64,000 bases of DNA from a virus: IMG/VR virus record IMGVR_UViG_3300013947_000003, positions 1-64,000 of that record, one strand, 5' to 3'. The notes beneath the pieces were generated by a model. The model was not told where the DNA came from and ran no database searches. It was given only the letters and a program-made list of their open reading frames with translations. Positions 25,534-36,562 of the stretch are shown here, in pieces (position 1 is the first letter of the stretch; every line of letters begins with the position of its first letter). The translations under genes and the position numbers were made by a program.

Positions 25534-26486
25534 TGTTCTCTATTACCGTTATTTACTATTCCCAATTCAGTACTACTAATCTAACCTACAGATATTGTAG
25601 AATTTATGTCTCCCTAATAAACTGCTTTTGCAAGTTCAACAGCTCTCTAAAGAACGTCTTTATGAAATTCTTCAGGAAGTTCACAAGGATTGTCTTCTTT
25701 TAAATATTTGATCTTACCCCTAATAGATAAACCTGCTTCTATAGAATTTAAATCCTCAGAAAGTATTATAGGATAGGGGTTCTTTATATACTTTATATGG
25801 TATATAAAACAATCATTGTTTATTTTATTAGGACCAAATATTAAATGTACACTTTTATAAAAATCAGGATTAATGGCTCCTTCTCCATGATAAAAAGTAG
25901 GATCATTAAATTCACATAATTTCCATACCTAGCTTTTAGTTGGGTATCTATAAGCTCTACTTTGTGCTAGCTGATACTCAACTGTTGTAATGGGAATTAC
26001 AGGATATGTATGTTTTAATTTAACTCTTTCAGCCGCATCTTTATTATATTCTACTATCTATACCCAATCCTATAAAATGAACAAGATATCAGAAGAACTT
26101 ACCTCTTGTGTGGTGATAGGAAAGTACTAGTAATTGACCCCTTTATATAAAGGAGATAATTTTAATTGATATTCATATGGATTTAGTTTCTGCTACACCT
26201 AACCAGTACTATTAATACCCTCTTTACTAATGGGGTTGTATTCCGTACCTAAAACCATTGTTTGAGCGTGTTGTATTAGAGTATAGAAGAAAGCGTCTCT
26301 ATAAATACCATCTCCAAAACCTTCCTGAATTTTATTTAAATTTTTATTAAAATATGCTCTTACTAACTCTTCTTGTGCTTTAGTAAGAAACACACTTTTT
26401 TCATATTCATCTAAACTAGGAGCCTAGTTTGAAGTTATGCTATTATAAAGCACATCAAATTCAGAAGAAAATTCTTTTACTGTCAT
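25530..26486 (-). CDS. structural protein, paralogue 1 (318 aa)
   Basis: Begins MTVKEFSSEFDVLYNS...EYEKSVFLTKAQEELV. Translated by eye with about 11 TAG codons. The stop is TGA 25530-25532. Confidence 0.65.
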
Positions 26487-26512
26487 AATTTAACTATGCT
26501 CCTTTGAGCTGT

Positions 26513-27496
26513 TTAAAGGTTTAATTTAGCCTCTATTGAAAATTTAATATCTTGATGTTTAGGATTATTAAGATATCTGGCAGCAATTCCTAATGTAGGT
26601 TCTTCATTAGCCTCACATAGAGGAGTGTTATCACTTCTTAAATATAAATAATCACCCCTCTTAGAAATAATACCATTGCTAATAGCCTTCTTTAAAAGAA
26701 CTTTTGTTTGAAGTAAAGGATCTGTAATTACTTTAATAAACATTTTACTATTAGCTTGAATTAAATCATTTATTTTAGTCTGTAGGTATTCAAGTTTAAC
26801 ATTAGGAGCTACTGTACGTCCTTCAAGAGTTTCTACTATAAGACTTAATGTATCTATATCATTTTCTATCTTACCATATTCTGCATAGCATCTCATAGTA
26901 ACAGACATTTTTTGCTTAGCATTGTTTACTTCATCTCCCTCAGAAATAATAACAAACTAATAGCTTGCTTTAGGGGTATTTTGCAAAGCATCTAATGAAG
27001 GTGCAATAAGGTTTTTATTAGCTAATAAAATCTTATATTTTATATAATCTTCTGGAGAAGACAGATCTAAAAAGTTGTCTTGTTTATGTAAAGTAACTTT
27101 AGAGATTCCTTGATCATTTGAATCATCCCAGAAGTTGTTTTCTTTTTTATAAATACTTAAAGCATTATATTCCAACTGCATGGTTTCTTCTAGAAACTGC
27201 TTCTCTTTATCTGTAAGCACATTTACATATACTCCTGAACTTAATCTGGGCACAGTAAAGGTTCTAGTTGCATTTTCTGCCATACCTCCATAGAGAATAT
27301 GCTTAGGGTTAGTTACCATGCTGCTAGCTTTGGGTATATATCTAATTATAACCCTTTCATTTCTTAAACAGTTAGGAACCACTTCATCATATGAATACTC
27401 AGGTTCCTTACTTTGCTTTTTATTAACTCTTTTTGGCATTGCCTGTAGAGGCAATTCATTATTTTCTAAATCTAATTCTTCCTCTTCTTTTTTCAT
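26513..27496 (-). CDS. hypothetical head-module protein (327 aa)
   Basis: Track ORFs 26957-27496 and 26513-26908 are in the same frame and joined by the TAG at 26957. The stop is TAA 26513-26515. Confidence 0.65.
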
Positions 27497-27529
27497 ACTT
27501 CTCCAAATTTAAAGGTTTATATTATTTAT

Positions 27530-27554
27530 AGGCTAGGGGATATACCCCTAACCT
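27530..27554 (-). terminator. hairpin downstream of the MCP stop (terminator-like)
   Basis: A 10-bp stem AGGTTAGGGG / CCCCTAGCCT lies 20 nt after the TAA at 27574. No clean T-run follows. Confidence 0.4.
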
Positions 27555-27573
27555 ATAATAATATAATAGTTTA

Positions 27574-30500
27574 TTAACCCTGCAGGCATGCAGGTATTAA
27601 TGACATTGTTCTGGTAGGGTCTAATACACAGATGCCAAAGGTTGCCATTCTGTGGAACACAGCAGCATCCTCATCAAAGCTCATGTATTGATTACCAATT
27701 TGTCCGGTAAAGGGATTTCTCAAACCGAACTAGTACCCTCTATATTCAGGCTGACCCTTAATCTGACATTTAAAGATATTAGGCTAATCCATAGAGCCAA
27801 TATCCATAATATCAAATCTATAAGACATGGCAGGACCACCATTAGGATGTTGTATCTTATTTCTAACAGGATCGTCGTACCCAATGTGTTATCGTATAGT
27901 TTTTTATCTACACTTCTTATACTTTATCATTGTATAAGTTCAGCATATATCATCATCCATATAGGATGCCGAACACTCTTGGGGAAATTATATTCTACTG
28001 TGTAGTTTCATTCCCTATGCGTTACACTGATTCTAGCACTTTAACTCTAGAATTTAGCACGGTATTGTCCGCCCCTACTTTCTGTAATTCATTGTAAAGT
28101 TCAATAGGTATTTGTATTATAGACCGTTCAAAAAAAGTTCTATTAAATTCTAACTTTAACCACTTCCAAGTTTTGCCGCTAACTATGTTTCTTATAGTTA
28201 TATGTCCTACTTTATATAATTTACTTATTAGTTTTATGCTAAATCCATAATTTAATAAAGTTGGTATAAGTAAAACCATTTCTTCAGTTAGTGGAGAAAG
28301 GTTCATATAAACCCTTTTATTTTCATCTATATTAAATTTAGCTGTGTACTATACATTATATTCTGTGGTACACCATTCTAAATTATTTACATTGTTATTT
28401 TTCCTATTGAAATCCTTATGATTTACATCGGGTAGGTTTTCGGGATTTGGTAGAAAAGCCGTCGCTACCAATCTATGTGTTTTTATGGTTTTTCTATTGC
28501 CATTGTCATCTACTAAAGTGTTTTGTAAGTAGTGGCCAGAATCTTCTGTTGGAGTTATGTATCTGTTTATAAACTCACTGTAGACTCTGCCATTACTATA
28601 TATTCTGTAGTGACTGTATCCCTTTATTTTTTTAAATTGTTCTTTCATAAATGTTTATTTATTAGAATAATTATTTGAAGGAGTTTACCGTTTTTGCTCG
28701 ATTTTCTTAACAGGTTTCCCTATTAAGCCGCCGTACTTAACGGATCAACGTCAATTTTCACTCTTACACCATTAGGAGCAAGATATTCAACAAACTAGTA
28801 ACCAGCACTAAGTGCATTGCTATGAAGTTTGTTCTGAGTTTTCTGTACGATTCCTAATTGATCACCATTTAATGTAAATGTGGTCCATCCTGAAATAGTA
28901 TCAAGAACTGCTTTATGGAATGCTATTGCACCCTTCTCACCAGTCTTTATAATGAAAGTTCTCTCACCAAAGTCTAACTTAGCAGCAGACAATTGATATA
29001 AGGCATCTTCAAGCAGTTTAAGACTGAAGTTATTATAATAGATGGTATTAGATACCTCCATCTACTCGAATAAACCAGCCCCGGTCTTAATTGCATTACC
29101 TGATTTGCCCATATTCATATATTCACCATTCTGAGTTCTATTGCTTCTACCGAATGCAAGGGCATTGTTCTTATATTCAGAGAACTGTTGTTCTAGCTGC
29201 CAATCTACATAGAACATCCACTTATTAACTACGTCTTTCTTATAGCCGTTAGTAGTTTCTTTTGCAACCGGAATACCACAAGCAATTTTCTTGTTAAGCA
29301 TAGAACCGGGTACCTTATGCTGAATTCTAATGGTAGACCATTCGTTACGCATAGATACAGGACTTGTGAATCTTATCATTTGTTACCTAAGAGGCTCTTT
29401 ATCCTCTTATTCTATATGTTGCCATATAGTTCGGAGCACATTTTAACCTTCAACTTTACTTGCTAAGGTCTGGACACTCGTGGAATAATTATACTGTCTT
29501 TAATTTTCCATTTGTATTTTTTACAGGAACATCAAACATCTTTAAAATTTGTTTTAATGTACTAAAACAAATCCCATATTTGTGCATTGTGTATTGCATA
29601 TTGACATTATGTGTTTTATAGTCTTCTGCAATGCTTCTACACTTTTCTTTATTCCTAAGTATATAATTTTTAGTAGTAACCTAAACACCATTAATACTTA
29701 AAAATCTTTTTATAGTTGAGCCTGCAACTTTATAAAGTCTGGATAACTTACTTAATGAATACCCACTTTTATACTGATTTATTAATGCCTCTCTTTCTTG
29801 ATCTGTTGGGCTAAATGTCCTGTCTTTTATTTCAACCTTATATAATTTAAGAACTCTTATAATGGTAGCTTTATCTACTTTATATTTAGCCCCAATCTTA
29901 TTACTGCTTATGCCTTTATTATACATGCTAATAATATCTTCTACTATATTTCTATCAGTATAAACATAAGACCTTTTACCTCCACCACCTAATGTGGAAT
30001 TATAGCCATTAAAGAAAGAATCATATTTATTTATATAGTAAATTTCAAAATCATCTAAATCTTTTACATTAACTCGTGCAACTTCTTCTATCTTAAAGTG
30101 TTCTTGCCCGAGCTCTCTAATTGCCTTATGAAATTTACTATTATCCATTAAGTTCTGTGATTTCTTTAAATGCCACTCCCACCTATTCTCTAATAGATAT
30201 ATAGTTTGTCCTATATAAACACTGGCATTTAAATCATTAGTTACTTTATAAATTATTCCTATCATACAAACAAAAAATTAAATATCCTCATATTCTGCTC
30301 TCTACACTACTTAATCTAGTTGGGATTAAGTTAGCACGGAATTGTCTAAACAAGAGAGTTCTTCCGTTTTTGCCCAATTTATTTATCATGTATTTCTACA
30401 TGAGGTGACATAAGATTGCTTTATGCAACAAGTCTATCACCGACTTTTCTACTAAGCTCTTTCTCTACGAAAGCAGCTTCAACTGAGAATCTTTCACCAC

Positions 30501-32668
30501 TGAGAAGTCTTTCAGAGGGAACACCTGTAGTGTTACCACCAGCAAGTTCTACAGTGTAAACAAAGTTGGTTCCCTCACTCTTGGGGTCACCTAAAATACG
30601 GAATTGATAGAGTTCGTTAAGCTCACCTACAATGTATTCCAAATGTTATCCTATAGGCTTTTTATCCTATAGTTCTATTACTTTACCATCGTAATAGTTC
30701 GGGGTAAATTTTCATCCTTTTCAGGAGTTGAGCACTCGTGGAAATATTATATTCTACGTTGGCCTTTTATTAACTAGCACAAATAACTTTTACTTATTTT
30801 CCATTTATTAATAATATCTTTTCTTGAAACTCCTTGATTTATTTCTTGTATTATCTACTATCTTTGTTCCTACGTTAATTTATAGGTTCTTGTTTTTCTA
30901 AGTATTATATTATTTCTTAATAACAGGTCTTTTATGGTGTATTTATCTACACTAAATATCTTTCCTATCTCTCTTAATGATTTACCTTTAGTATATTCCT
31001 CTATTATAGAGGTAGTTGGTAAATCTTTAAATGTTTTCTAAAACTATCCTCCTTTTGTTGAATTATAACCATTATAATAGGAATTATATTTCTATATCCA
31101 ATATATTTCTCGTTCATTTAAATTACTCTTGTTTACTATTTCTATCACTTCTAGTGTGAAATTCTATTTACCATATTTTTTGATTGCTTTATGAATTGTC
31201 ATATTAGCAACAGCTTCTCCACATTTTTTTGAACAATGCTAATAGAAGCGTTCCTTCACATCTTGAACAGTTTGTCCTATATAGACTTTACCATTAATTT
31301 TGTTTGTTATTTTATAAATAACGCCATTTGTAGTTTCAATTTCTACCCTCTACATTACTTTAATTTTTTACATTAAAGTTAACTCGGTATTACCCATTAG
31401 CTGGGGTGGGCTTCACCGATTTTGCTCAATTTTCTTTAAGTATATTACTATACTTAGATGGCGAATACTTCACCATCGGCAAACCAGTCTTCTGCAAAGA
31501 CTAATTCAAAGGGGGCTGTATGAGCACCTACCATCTTTTCACTTCCAGCAGTTACTACTGCACCATCTTCATCTCTTGCACACACAAGAGGGATGTTTCT
31601 TCTAGAGGAACCTATTACATCCCACGTGTATTCACTGTCATCATCGAATTCTTTAACAGGAAACTACGAAAGGAATGTATCAAGTGTTTTACCTCTGTAC
31701 CAAGCTAAAAGCTGTACCATAAGATTGGATGCCTTCTAAGGAGCAAGGCCAAAAATAGAACCGAGATGGTTCTCTTTAGTTAACATTCTGTTATCCTAAA
31801 AGCTTTTTATCTTTTAGTTCTTTCACTTTACCATTGTGAAAGTTCAGCATACATTTTCATACTGTTTAGTATGTTGGGCACTCGTGGAAGAATTATATTC
31901 TACGTTGTTATAGATGCAGGCTTTTCTAAAAGTTGAATAAGGGATATTTGCTAATTTAGCAGCGCTTCTTAAAGTTCTACCTTTTAACAAACACTCTAGT
32001 AAGACTTCCTTTGAAATATTATTAAATTTGGCACTAGACTCATGCCTATCTCTAATAATAACTCCTACATTTTTTAGTTCAGTACAAATAATATATCTAG
32101 ATACTTCAAATTTTTTTGCTATCTCTTCTAAAGTAAATTTTTTATTAATGTATAAATTTATTAAATCAGAAATACTCAAAATTTTTCTTTTAAATCTAGG
32201 TGTATTACCGCCTATACTAGCATTATAACCTTTGGATTTATCAGTAGAATTATATAATTCTATATAGTACATTTCTTTATAATCTAGATCTTCTAAATCA
32301 CATGTTTCTAACATTTCTATATAGAATTTATCTACTCCATACTTTTTCATAGCTCTATTAATAATTTGCTTACCATATTGTGCATGCCTAAGATGCTCCT
32401 TCCATCTTTGTTCTACACTAGTTCTGGTTTGCCCTATATAAACCTTATTATTAATAGTGTTTCTGATTATGTAAATAAATCCGTTCATAGTTTCATCTTC
32501 TATGCGTTACACTGTCCATAGATATTATTCTATGTCTTAGCACGGTGTTGTCCTTTACTATTGGAGGATTTCACCGTTTTTACCCAATTTTACAAGGGCT
32601 TAACTTGTGAGTCAACCCTTCCAATGCTGGAATCCAACCATTTGGAACTTACCTAATTTACCAGCCAT
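27574..32668 (-). CDS. major capsid protein (HK97-like, crAss-type), 5 exons: join(32668..32615, 31783..31472, 30639..30436, 29376..28740, 27881..27574), 504 aa
   Basis: Exon fragments appear in the track (30421-30642, 29062-29379, 28795-29061). The C-terminus reads ...FHRMATFGICVLDPTRTMSLIPACLQG*. Splicing at U.G 5' sites and terminal-G 3' sites keeps the frame at all four junctions (54+312+204+637+308 = 1515 nt). A scaffold gene lies immediately upstream. Confidence 0.75.
27882..28739 (-). mobile_element. group-I-like intron A (858 nt) with an HNH endonuclease ORF
   Basis: Shares conserved core blocks with the other three insertions (AAAATYGRGCAAAAACGG, ACCGTGCTAA, CCACGAGTG, GGTAAAGT, terminal hairpin plus GATAACA..TG). 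P1 is CCGT / GCGG with a U.G pair. Confidence 0.6.
28022..28648 (-). CDS. HNH homing endonuclease (NUMOD4/HNH-like), one in-frame TAG
   Basis: The N-terminal motif ...HRLVATAFLPNPENLPDVNHKDFNRKNNNVNNLEW is HNH-like. Track ORFs 28349-28648 and 28022-28306 are in the same frame and joined by a TAG. Confidence 0.7.
29377..30435 (-). mobile_element. group-I-like intron B (1059 nt) with a GIY-YIG ORF
   Basis: P1 is exon GGTGAT / guide GTCACC, with the terminal U.G at the splice site. The intron ends ...AACAAATG, and exon 4 resumes in frame at ATAAGATTC. Confidence 0.6.
29489..30265 (-). CDS. GIY-YIG homing endonuclease with three HTH repeats (258 aa with TAG readthrough)
   Basis: Begins MIGIIYKVTN...VYIGQT..RW.EH. 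The TAG at 29681 is followed by 60 more codons encoding a third copy of the HTH repeat (YTMHKYGICFSTLKQILKMFDV), ending at TAA 29489-29491. Confidence 0.7.
30640..31471 (-). mobile_element. group-I-like intron C (832 nt) with a TAG-rich GIY-YIG ORF
   Basis: P1 is exon GATGGT / guide GCCATC (U.G). The intron ends ...AACATTTG, and exon 3 resumes at GAATACATT in frame. Confidence 0.6.
30747..31355 (-). CDS. GIY-YIG homing endonuclease (202 aa), readable only with TAG=sense
   Basis: Starts ATG TAG ... and reads NGVIYKITNKINGKVYIGQT...YNGYNSTKGG. It has at least 9 in-frame TAG codons, including codon 2. The stop is TAA 30747-30749. It is invisible in the standard-code ORF track. Confidence 0.6.
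31784..32614 (-). mobile_element. group-I-like intron D (831 nt) with a GIY-YIG ORF
   Basis: P1 is exon AAGGGT / guide GCCCTT (U.G), 18 codons into the MCP. The intron ends ...ACAGAATG, and exon 2 resumes at TTAACTAAA in frame. Confidence 0.6.
31844..32488 (-). CDS. GIY-YIG homing endonuclease (214 aa), no TAG
   Basis: Begins MNGFIYIIRNTINNKVYIGQT...RWKEH...YNASIGG and has C-terminal HTH repeats. It ends at a TGA inside the intron 3' core. Confidence 0.8.
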   Translation of the reverse strand: MNGFIYIIRNTINNKVYIGQTRTSVEQRWKEHLRHAQYGKQIINRAMKKYGVDKFYIEMLETCDLEDLDYKEMYYIELYNSTDKSKGYNASIGGNTPRFKRKILSISDLINLYINKKFTLEEIAKKFEVSRYIICTELKNVGVIIRDRHESSAKFNNISKEVLLECLLKGRTLRSAAKLANIPYSTFRKACIYNNVEYNSSTSAQHTKQYENVC

Positions 32669-32690
32669 AAATTATATTATATTAAAAATT

Positions 32691-33827
32691 TTAAACATCT
32701 AAAGTCCAACCTTTTCCTATAAAGGATTCAGGATCTTTACTGCCTCCCATAAAATTAAGGTTTCCATCAGAAGATCTTTGAGTATTATTAAGAACATTTT
32801 CCAGTTCGCTAATACCCCTTTTTACTTCTTTTTTAACCTTACCTTTTATAAAACCACTTAAATCTTTAAACCCATTTGTTAATGTAAAAATAAGTCCCAG
32901 ATTTTTAATAAAGTCTACTTTATTCTCCATTTCATACTGTTGAATTGCAGTATAAAGTTCTCCAGTGCTTTTATCTTTATGCACAGGCTTCATTATATTA
33001 TCCAGAATCCTTTGTCTTGTATTTCTATCTACTTCTAAATCACCAAAAAATTTTTTATCTTCAAGTATAGATTTTTTAAGAGTTTCTATTTGTTCGGCCT
33101 ATTCTCTTTTGCTCTTCTCGGCTTCTTCTTCTGCATCTTTTACAACTTTATTATATGCAGTTTTATAAAAATCTATATTTCCTTGAAGAGCTTCTTTTGC
33201 ATCTTCTATATCTGTTCCGCCCTTTATAGATTTATCTACCTCTCTTTGAGCTTTATCCTAAGAATATCCTCTATTAATAAAATCCTAGTATATTAATTTC
33301 TTTCTTAAATCTTCACCTTGATCACTTTCTTCTTCTATAGCAGATTGCTAAATACTGTCTAAATAATTTAAAGCTCCTTCATATTGTTTAATAAGATCTG
33401 GTTCTACACCAACACCTAAAGCTTTATTTATTCTTTTATATTTATCATCTAATTCTGAAGAAATCTTACTTTCAATAAGTGTTCTAAAATCTTCCGGTGT
33501 TTCTATTTTAGAAATGTCTTCTTCATTAAGGTCAGGGAAAATACCATCATCTGCAAAAGCTTTAGCAATGGAAGAATAAAATTTAGGAGAAGTGCCCTTT
33601 TCAGATGTGGTACTTTCCTGTTCCTTAATTGTATCTTCTTCACTACTTACGCTCTCTGGTGAATCCTCAAATAAATTATCTGGATTAACCTCAGTAGTAT
33701 TTTCTTCTTTTTTCTCTTCTTCAGGGGCTCCTTCTACAGTTTCTGTAGTATCCTCCTGTACATCTTCATTAAACAGGTTTTCTATTTCTGAACCTGTATA
33801 AATATTATCAAATGATAAACCTTCCAT
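32691..33827 (-). CDS. scaffolding protein candidate (378 aa, acidic N-terminus, coiled-coil)
   Basis: Track ORFs 33348-33827 and 32691-32993 share one frame and are joined through TAG codons. The TAA at 32691 lies 22 nt upstream of the MCP ATG. Confidence 0.6.
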
Positions 33828-33857
33828 TTATTCTCCTTTTATCTAGTTTATTCAATA

Positions 33858-33865
33858 CAAAATTA
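33858..33865 (-). promoter_or_regulatory. -7 box TAATTTTG
   Basis: Lies 31 nt upstream of ATG 33827 and downstream of the terminator at 33918-33953. Confidence 0.5.
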
Positions 33866-33917
33866 CTATATTTTAGATTATATTACGCTGTAATTAATAA
33901 AACCTTAATAGTAATAT

Positions 33918-33953
33918 TAACAAAAATATAAGGTGGGGGAAATTCCCCACCTT
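33918..33953 (-). terminator. rho-independent terminator
   Basis: An AAGGTGGGG / CCCCACCTT hairpin is followed by ATATTTTTGTT on the minus strand, right after the TAA at 33959. Confidence 0.75.
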
Positions 33954-33958
33954 ATACC

Positions 33959-34360
33959 TTAAAGTTCAACTATAGATTCTAGAGCATCTTCAAACATCTA
34001 TTGTGCTAAATTACCACTAAGATGTGCAGCTTCTTCTGAATAAGGATTAATATCCAAAGCTTCACATAAATGCATTTCTAAATGATTCTTTTCATGTACC
34101 AAAGTGTTTAAAAACTCTGCAATGCTACTAGCTTTATGTATAACAATAATGGTCATGTGATTATCAAAGCTGGAAAAAGTTAATCCTGTATCTAATTCTG
34201 CTTTATCTAAATTTGTTTTTACGGAGTCTATAGTACTCTAATTCTTGCTCATCTAAGAGACCTTTTTAATAATTTCGTTTCTCTACTAAAAATCCAAAAC
34301 ATAATAGATATTTACATCCCAGTTATATTTAGTCACTTTGAATTTTTGGCATAGTCCCAT
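33959..34360 (-). CDS. small HExxH-motif protein (133 aa), possible metallopeptidase
   Basis: Translated by eye. Contains the motif VHEKNHLEMH. The ATG overlaps the upstream TAA (TAATG). It has 5 in-frame TAG codons. Confidence 0.5.
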
Positions 34361-34566
34361 TATTTATATTTCTCTTTAAGTTTCTCTAATTTTTCCTCAA
34401 AGCCTTCTCTATAGCTTCTTCCGCTTCTTTCTCCGTAACCTTCTAGTTCTCTCATGGCTTTTCTATAACCATGTTCACAGCCTTCTTTAAATGCTTTTTC
34501 CAGCATTTCTTCACTGTCACGAGATCTTTCATTATAATCTTCTGTTATATGATAAATTCTTCCCAT
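34360..34566 (-). CDS. small charged hypothetical protein (68 aa)
   Basis: Track ORF with a TAA stop that overlaps the next ATG. Confidence 0.55.
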   Translation of the reverse strand: MGRIYHITEDYNERSRDSEEMLEKAFKEGCEHGYRKAMRELEGYGERSGRSYREGFEEKLEKLKEKYK

Positions 34567-34717
34567 AGTTTAATCAGTTTTAGTTTCTTTTTTAAGAGTG
34601 GCCATTACTTCTTTTATGCTTCCCATTAATTCAGACATTTGTTGTTTTAACGCATTAATCTCTTGCTTCTATTTTTTCTATTCAGCAAACTCAGGATTTA
34701 AAGTCTATAATAAACTT

Positions 34718-35077
34718 TCACAATCCTATACTATTTTTTTTATGGTAGTCTACACTATTTAATATACCCAAACTTTTCTATCTTAATGAGTCCACTTCTG
34801 CATTCATAGCTTCTCTAGAAGTTGTTATTACCAATGCACCATTTACTGTACCCTAATCTGCAACATCTAGATTAGCCGGTAATTTCTATAAAGTAATATT
34901 ATTATCATTTATTTTAACCACAACATCTACAACCATTTCCTACGGATTTATAAAATTAGTTACTGGAAATTTTGGTTGTGGCTGTGATATGCTTACAACT
35001 TGTCCTACTTCTATATAAGGAGACGCCTCTTTATGAAGTATATATATTTGACTATTAGCTCTTAAATTTTGAAACAT
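34718..35077 (-). CDS. hypothetical protein (119 aa)
   Basis: Translated by eye from ATG 35075-35077 to TGA 34718-34720, with 4 in-frame TAG codons. Confidence 0.5.
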
Positions 35078-35089
35078 ATTAATATTTTA

Positions 35090-35512
35090 TTATGCCGTAG
35101 CCGACGTTATTACTAAAGTTAAAGAATCATTAATTGTGTAAGATAATGCACATCCACAATTAATATTAGAACCGTATTGTTCTCTTCCAACATTTGTTAG
35201 AGTTATTGTGGTAGGAACAGTAGTCTACCCCTAAAATGCAACTACATAATTCTCTGTAAATAGTTGTGTATGAGCATTACATCCGCATTTACCATCTTGT
35301 GTAACAACTGTTATTACTACTTTCACAGGAATAAAAACTGTTGTTTCTACCAACCTTGGAGTTCCAGTAGTGTAAACTACTGAAACCTACGGTTGAATAG
35401 TGGAATCAATACAAAATGGCCTACATAACTTCTCTTTATAAGTCGCCATAAAAGACAACTGATTAGCAACAGGGGCTGTTGCTAATCCTACAGGTGATAT
35501 TGTTACTGCCAT
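35090..35512 (-). CDS. hypothetical protein (140 aa)
   Basis: Translated by eye from ATG 35510-35512 to TAA 35090-35092, with 3 in-frame TAG codons. Confidence 0.5.
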
Positions 35513-35524
35513 AATGATTAATTA

Positions 35525-36430
35525 TTAACAATTACAACTACCTGTAGTATAAGGATATCCATAATTATTGCAGCCACATCCATAAGGGTTTGGAACTACA
35601 TAAGCAGGAGAGGGAGAAGGTCTAACCTAACTTACTATATTAGCAGTCTATGCCTACTGAGAAGCTGCCAAAGCAAGTTGACTATTTTCCTATCTAAGAG
35701 CATCAATCTTATTCTGCATCTCTCTCATTTCTAACTAACAGAACTTATCATTAATAAGAGTAGTTTGCGCGGCTATAGCATTCTTTAAATCACAAGTCTA
35801 CTATGCAGTAGCATATGCTGTAGAAGAAAATCCTCTCTCAACAGAACTATTTACAAAATTTATAGCATTCTATAAAGTGTTAGTTTGATTTACATTAGAT
35901 AACTGATTCTCATAATTAGTTTTAGTTATAGAATCCTAAATACTGCAGCAACATTGTGCTAATTGACTGCCTAACTGACAATTTCCGCTCTAGATAGAAT
36001 TGATAATCTGTTGGCCTGTCATACCAACCTGACTACCCACAGTTTGTATAGAGGATTGTACTTGACCTATAGCAGTTTGAAGAGTATTTACATCACAATT
36101 TAAAGTAGTGGCAAGTTGACTTAAAGCCTAACCATTACCATTAATAGCCTGTAAAAGAACTTCTCTACCAAAATCATTATTCAATTGGTTAGGTATACCA
36201 TCAGCATTTCCACCAAACATACCATTACCTCTACCTCCCCAAAGCCAGAACATTATGATTACCCAAATCCACCACATGCCTCCACCTCCCCAAGCATCTT
36301 GGTTTTTAGAAGCATTTGTAAGCATTGCCATAAGATTAGGATCAATACCTTTATTCTGCATTAGACTAGCAATAAGAGCAGAGGAATCAAAGCCCTTATC
36401 TGCTGTATCAAAAACATAAGTTTTTTCCAT
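35525..36430 (-). CDS. hypothetical membrane-anchored, Cys-rich protein (301 aa)
   Basis: Track ORF 36128-36430 has a W/G-rich hydrophobic segment (WWIWVIIMFWLWGG). It continues through about 11 TAG codons to TAA 35525-35527, ending ...YGCGCNNYGYPYTTGSCNC. Confidence 0.55.
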
Positions 36431-36471
36431 ATATAAATAATAAAGAAGTTAATAAATAAGTGATCACTGCA

Positions 36472-36479
36472 CAAAGGTA
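36472..36479 (-). promoter_or_regulatory. -7 box TACCTTTG
   Basis: Lies 42 nt upstream of ATG 36430 and downstream of the 36518-36552 hairpin. Confidence 0.4.
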
Positions 36480-36517
36480 TTATTTATATGTCAAAATTAA
36501 CAACAATGCTAAACAAC

Positions 36518-36552
36518 AAAGGCAATACTCTGTATTATAGAATATTGCCTTT
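36518..36552 (-). terminator. hairpin terminator after the endolysin gene
   Basis: An AAAGGCAATA..TATTGCCTTT stem is followed by GTTGTTT on the minus strand, 11 nt after the TAA at 36563. Confidence 0.55.
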
Positions 36553-36562
36553 AGTATTGTTT

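Noticed and set aside
27882-32614. MCP interruptions interpreted as inteins or as a fragmented pseudogene.
   Set aside because: The insertions contain TAA and TGA stops in the MCP frame. They carry free-standing endonuclease ORFs and conserved RNA-level blocks, and they have U.G / terminal-G boundaries that restore the frame. This is the behaviour of introns, not inteins, and it is not gene decay.
34567-34717. Possible small gene between 34566 and 34718 (...ALKQQMSELMGSIKEVMATLKKETKTD*).
   Set aside because: There is no convincing start codon. Only a GTG or a 22-codon ATG ORF is available, which is too uncertain to list as a feature.
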